Origin: a virus
Direction: 5' to 3' (one strand)
DNA length: 64,000 bases
Virus record (IMG/VR): IMGVR_UViG_3300048913_000256
Span: 1 to 64,000 of that record
Shown here: piece by piece, positions 63,056 to 64,000 of the stretch
Position numbering within the stretch: position 1 is the first letter of the stretch
How the letters are laid out: each line of letters begins with the position of its first letter
The notes under the pieces: generated by a model
The model's database searches: none
What the model was told of the DNA's origin: nothing
The model's input: only the letters and a program-made list of their open reading frames with translations
Translations under genes and position numbers: made by a program

Positions 63056-63592
63056 TTAGGCAGCGGTTACGGTCTTGTCACCGAAGACGACCATGTCATT
63101 GTTCGAGGTCGGGTCAGGGAACGCCTCGATTTCCACGCCGATGACGCGGTCGGTGTCCGTGTCGAACTTGAACTTGATCTGCGGATTCGGCAAGCCCTTG
63201 AGGATCGTGATCGAGTAGTCGATACCGACATCCAGCGGCTCAATCAGAACGGGCTTCGCGTATTGCAAGAGGTCTTGGCCCGCGTTGCCGTTGACGACCA
63301 CTTTCGACTTGCCGGAGGTAGTGTTCGTGATGAGCGTGGAAGTCGGAATCATCTTCGCCAGCGTCTTGTGGTCGTATTCGCCGATCGGCACAACAGCCTT
63401 GCAGGACGTCGCCTTCTTGATTTTCTTGACCGGAGTGTCACCGGTTTGGTCCGTCTTAACGTCACGCGTGGCGAACTCGAGGTTCAACTCCACACCGCCG
63501 ATCGTAGTCTCGATGACCAGCGGAGACGTACCTCCTACGTCGAACGTGACACGACACGGACCTGCCATGATTTTTTCGTAATTCTGTGCCAA
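63056..63592 (-). CDS. Major tail protein (178 aa)
   Basis: Size and position upstream of the chaperones. GAGGAGG + 7 nt + TTG. Confidence 0.6.
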   Translation of the reverse strand: MAQNYEKIMAGPCRVTFDVGGTSPLVIETTIGGVELNLEFATRDVKTDQTGDTPVKKIKKATSCKAVVPIGEYDHKTLAKMIPTSTLITNTTSGKSKVVVNGNAGQDLLQYAKPVLIEPLDVGIDYSITILKGLPNPQIKFKFDTDTDRVIGVEIEAFPDPTSNNDMVVFGDKTVTAA

Positions 63593-63638
63593 TTAAATTC
63601 CTCCTCGTTGTGCGCGCAAACAAAAAAGCCACCGACGA

Positions 63639-63824
63639 TTACTCGCCAGTGACTCGTTTTGCATACCCGCCTTGAATCAGTTGTTCCGCGTGACTTTCCG
63701 TCACCACCGCCGTTTCGCCCGGTCGCCGAATATCGTCCGGCTTACCGTGTTCGGCGAGGTTGTAGAGGTCCGCTCCGTCAATAAACACAACCTCAACGGT
63801 CGCCTCCTCGCGTTTTACCGCCAT
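63639..63824 (-). CDS. Hypothetical head-tail/tail protein (61 aa)
   Basis: GGAGGTG + 5 nt + ATG at 63824. Confidence 0.5.
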   Translation of the reverse strand: MAVKREEATVEVVFIDGADLYNLAEHGKPDDIRRPGETAVVTESHAEQLIQGGYAKRVTGE

Positions 63825-63826
63825 CG

Positions 63827-64000
63827 TCACACCTCCTCGAACGCCCGCAAGCGCACGTTAAACGCCCACTCGACATTCCCGTTCTTGTCGTGCCCCATCG
63901 AAAACGGCGGCTGCTCGGCGACAACGTACCGAATCCGCACACCATCTACCGATTGCTCTCGCAATCCGTTCAGCGCCTTGTACGCCTGTCGCGCGAGATC
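63827..64000 (-). CDS. Partial CDS (C-terminal 57 aa), probable head-tail connector or tail terminator
   Basis: Open to the right edge. Ends ...NGNVEWAFNVRLRAFEEV. Function is guessed from position only. Confidence 0.4.
   Translation of the reverse strand, partial: DLARQAYKALNGLREQSVDGVRIRYVVAEQPPFSMGHDKNGNVEWAFNVRLRAFEEV

Overview
The window is almost entirely one tightly packed, mostly minus-strand segment of a tailed (siphovirus-like) temperate phage. Host signals look like a high-GC Firmicute: GGAGG Shine-Dalgarno (SD) sites, a BhlA-type holin, and many ATGA/GTGA start-stop overlaps. No clear host genes are visible. Reading the minus strand from right to left, the modules are as follows. 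(1) Tail: major tail protein, G/GT chaperone with a -1 frameshift, an AT-rich moron, tape measure, and a 1399-aa BNR-repeat tail protein. (2) Lysis cassette. (3) Plasmid-style maintenance: a Rep-like winged-helix (wHTH) protein, a DnaA-box cluster, and ParM/ParR. (4) An AT-rich immunity/communication island: an XRE repressor, an HTH-TPR receptor, and an unannotated secreted repeat peptide. (5) A long early/middle region: sigma-like factor, ParB-like protein, replisome organizer, DnaC- and DnaB-like proteins, primase, SSB-like protein, family-A polymerase, nucleases, class II ribonucleotide reductase (RNR), dUTPase, ThyX and a C5-methyltransferase. (6) A RinA/ArpU-like late regulator. (7) Packaging: terS, a minimal tyrosine recombinase, tRNA-Gly, terL and portal. 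Structure not explained by genes includes a roughly 10-copy non-sigma-A promoter-like motif (CGGACA-N17-GAGATA), a duplicated 59-nt late-operon element, iterons next to AT-rich repeats upstream of terS, duplicated hairpin/U-tract/SD modules, and several CDS that appear to start at ATT/ATC/ATA. All functional calls come from motifs read by eye and from synteny. No database search was run.
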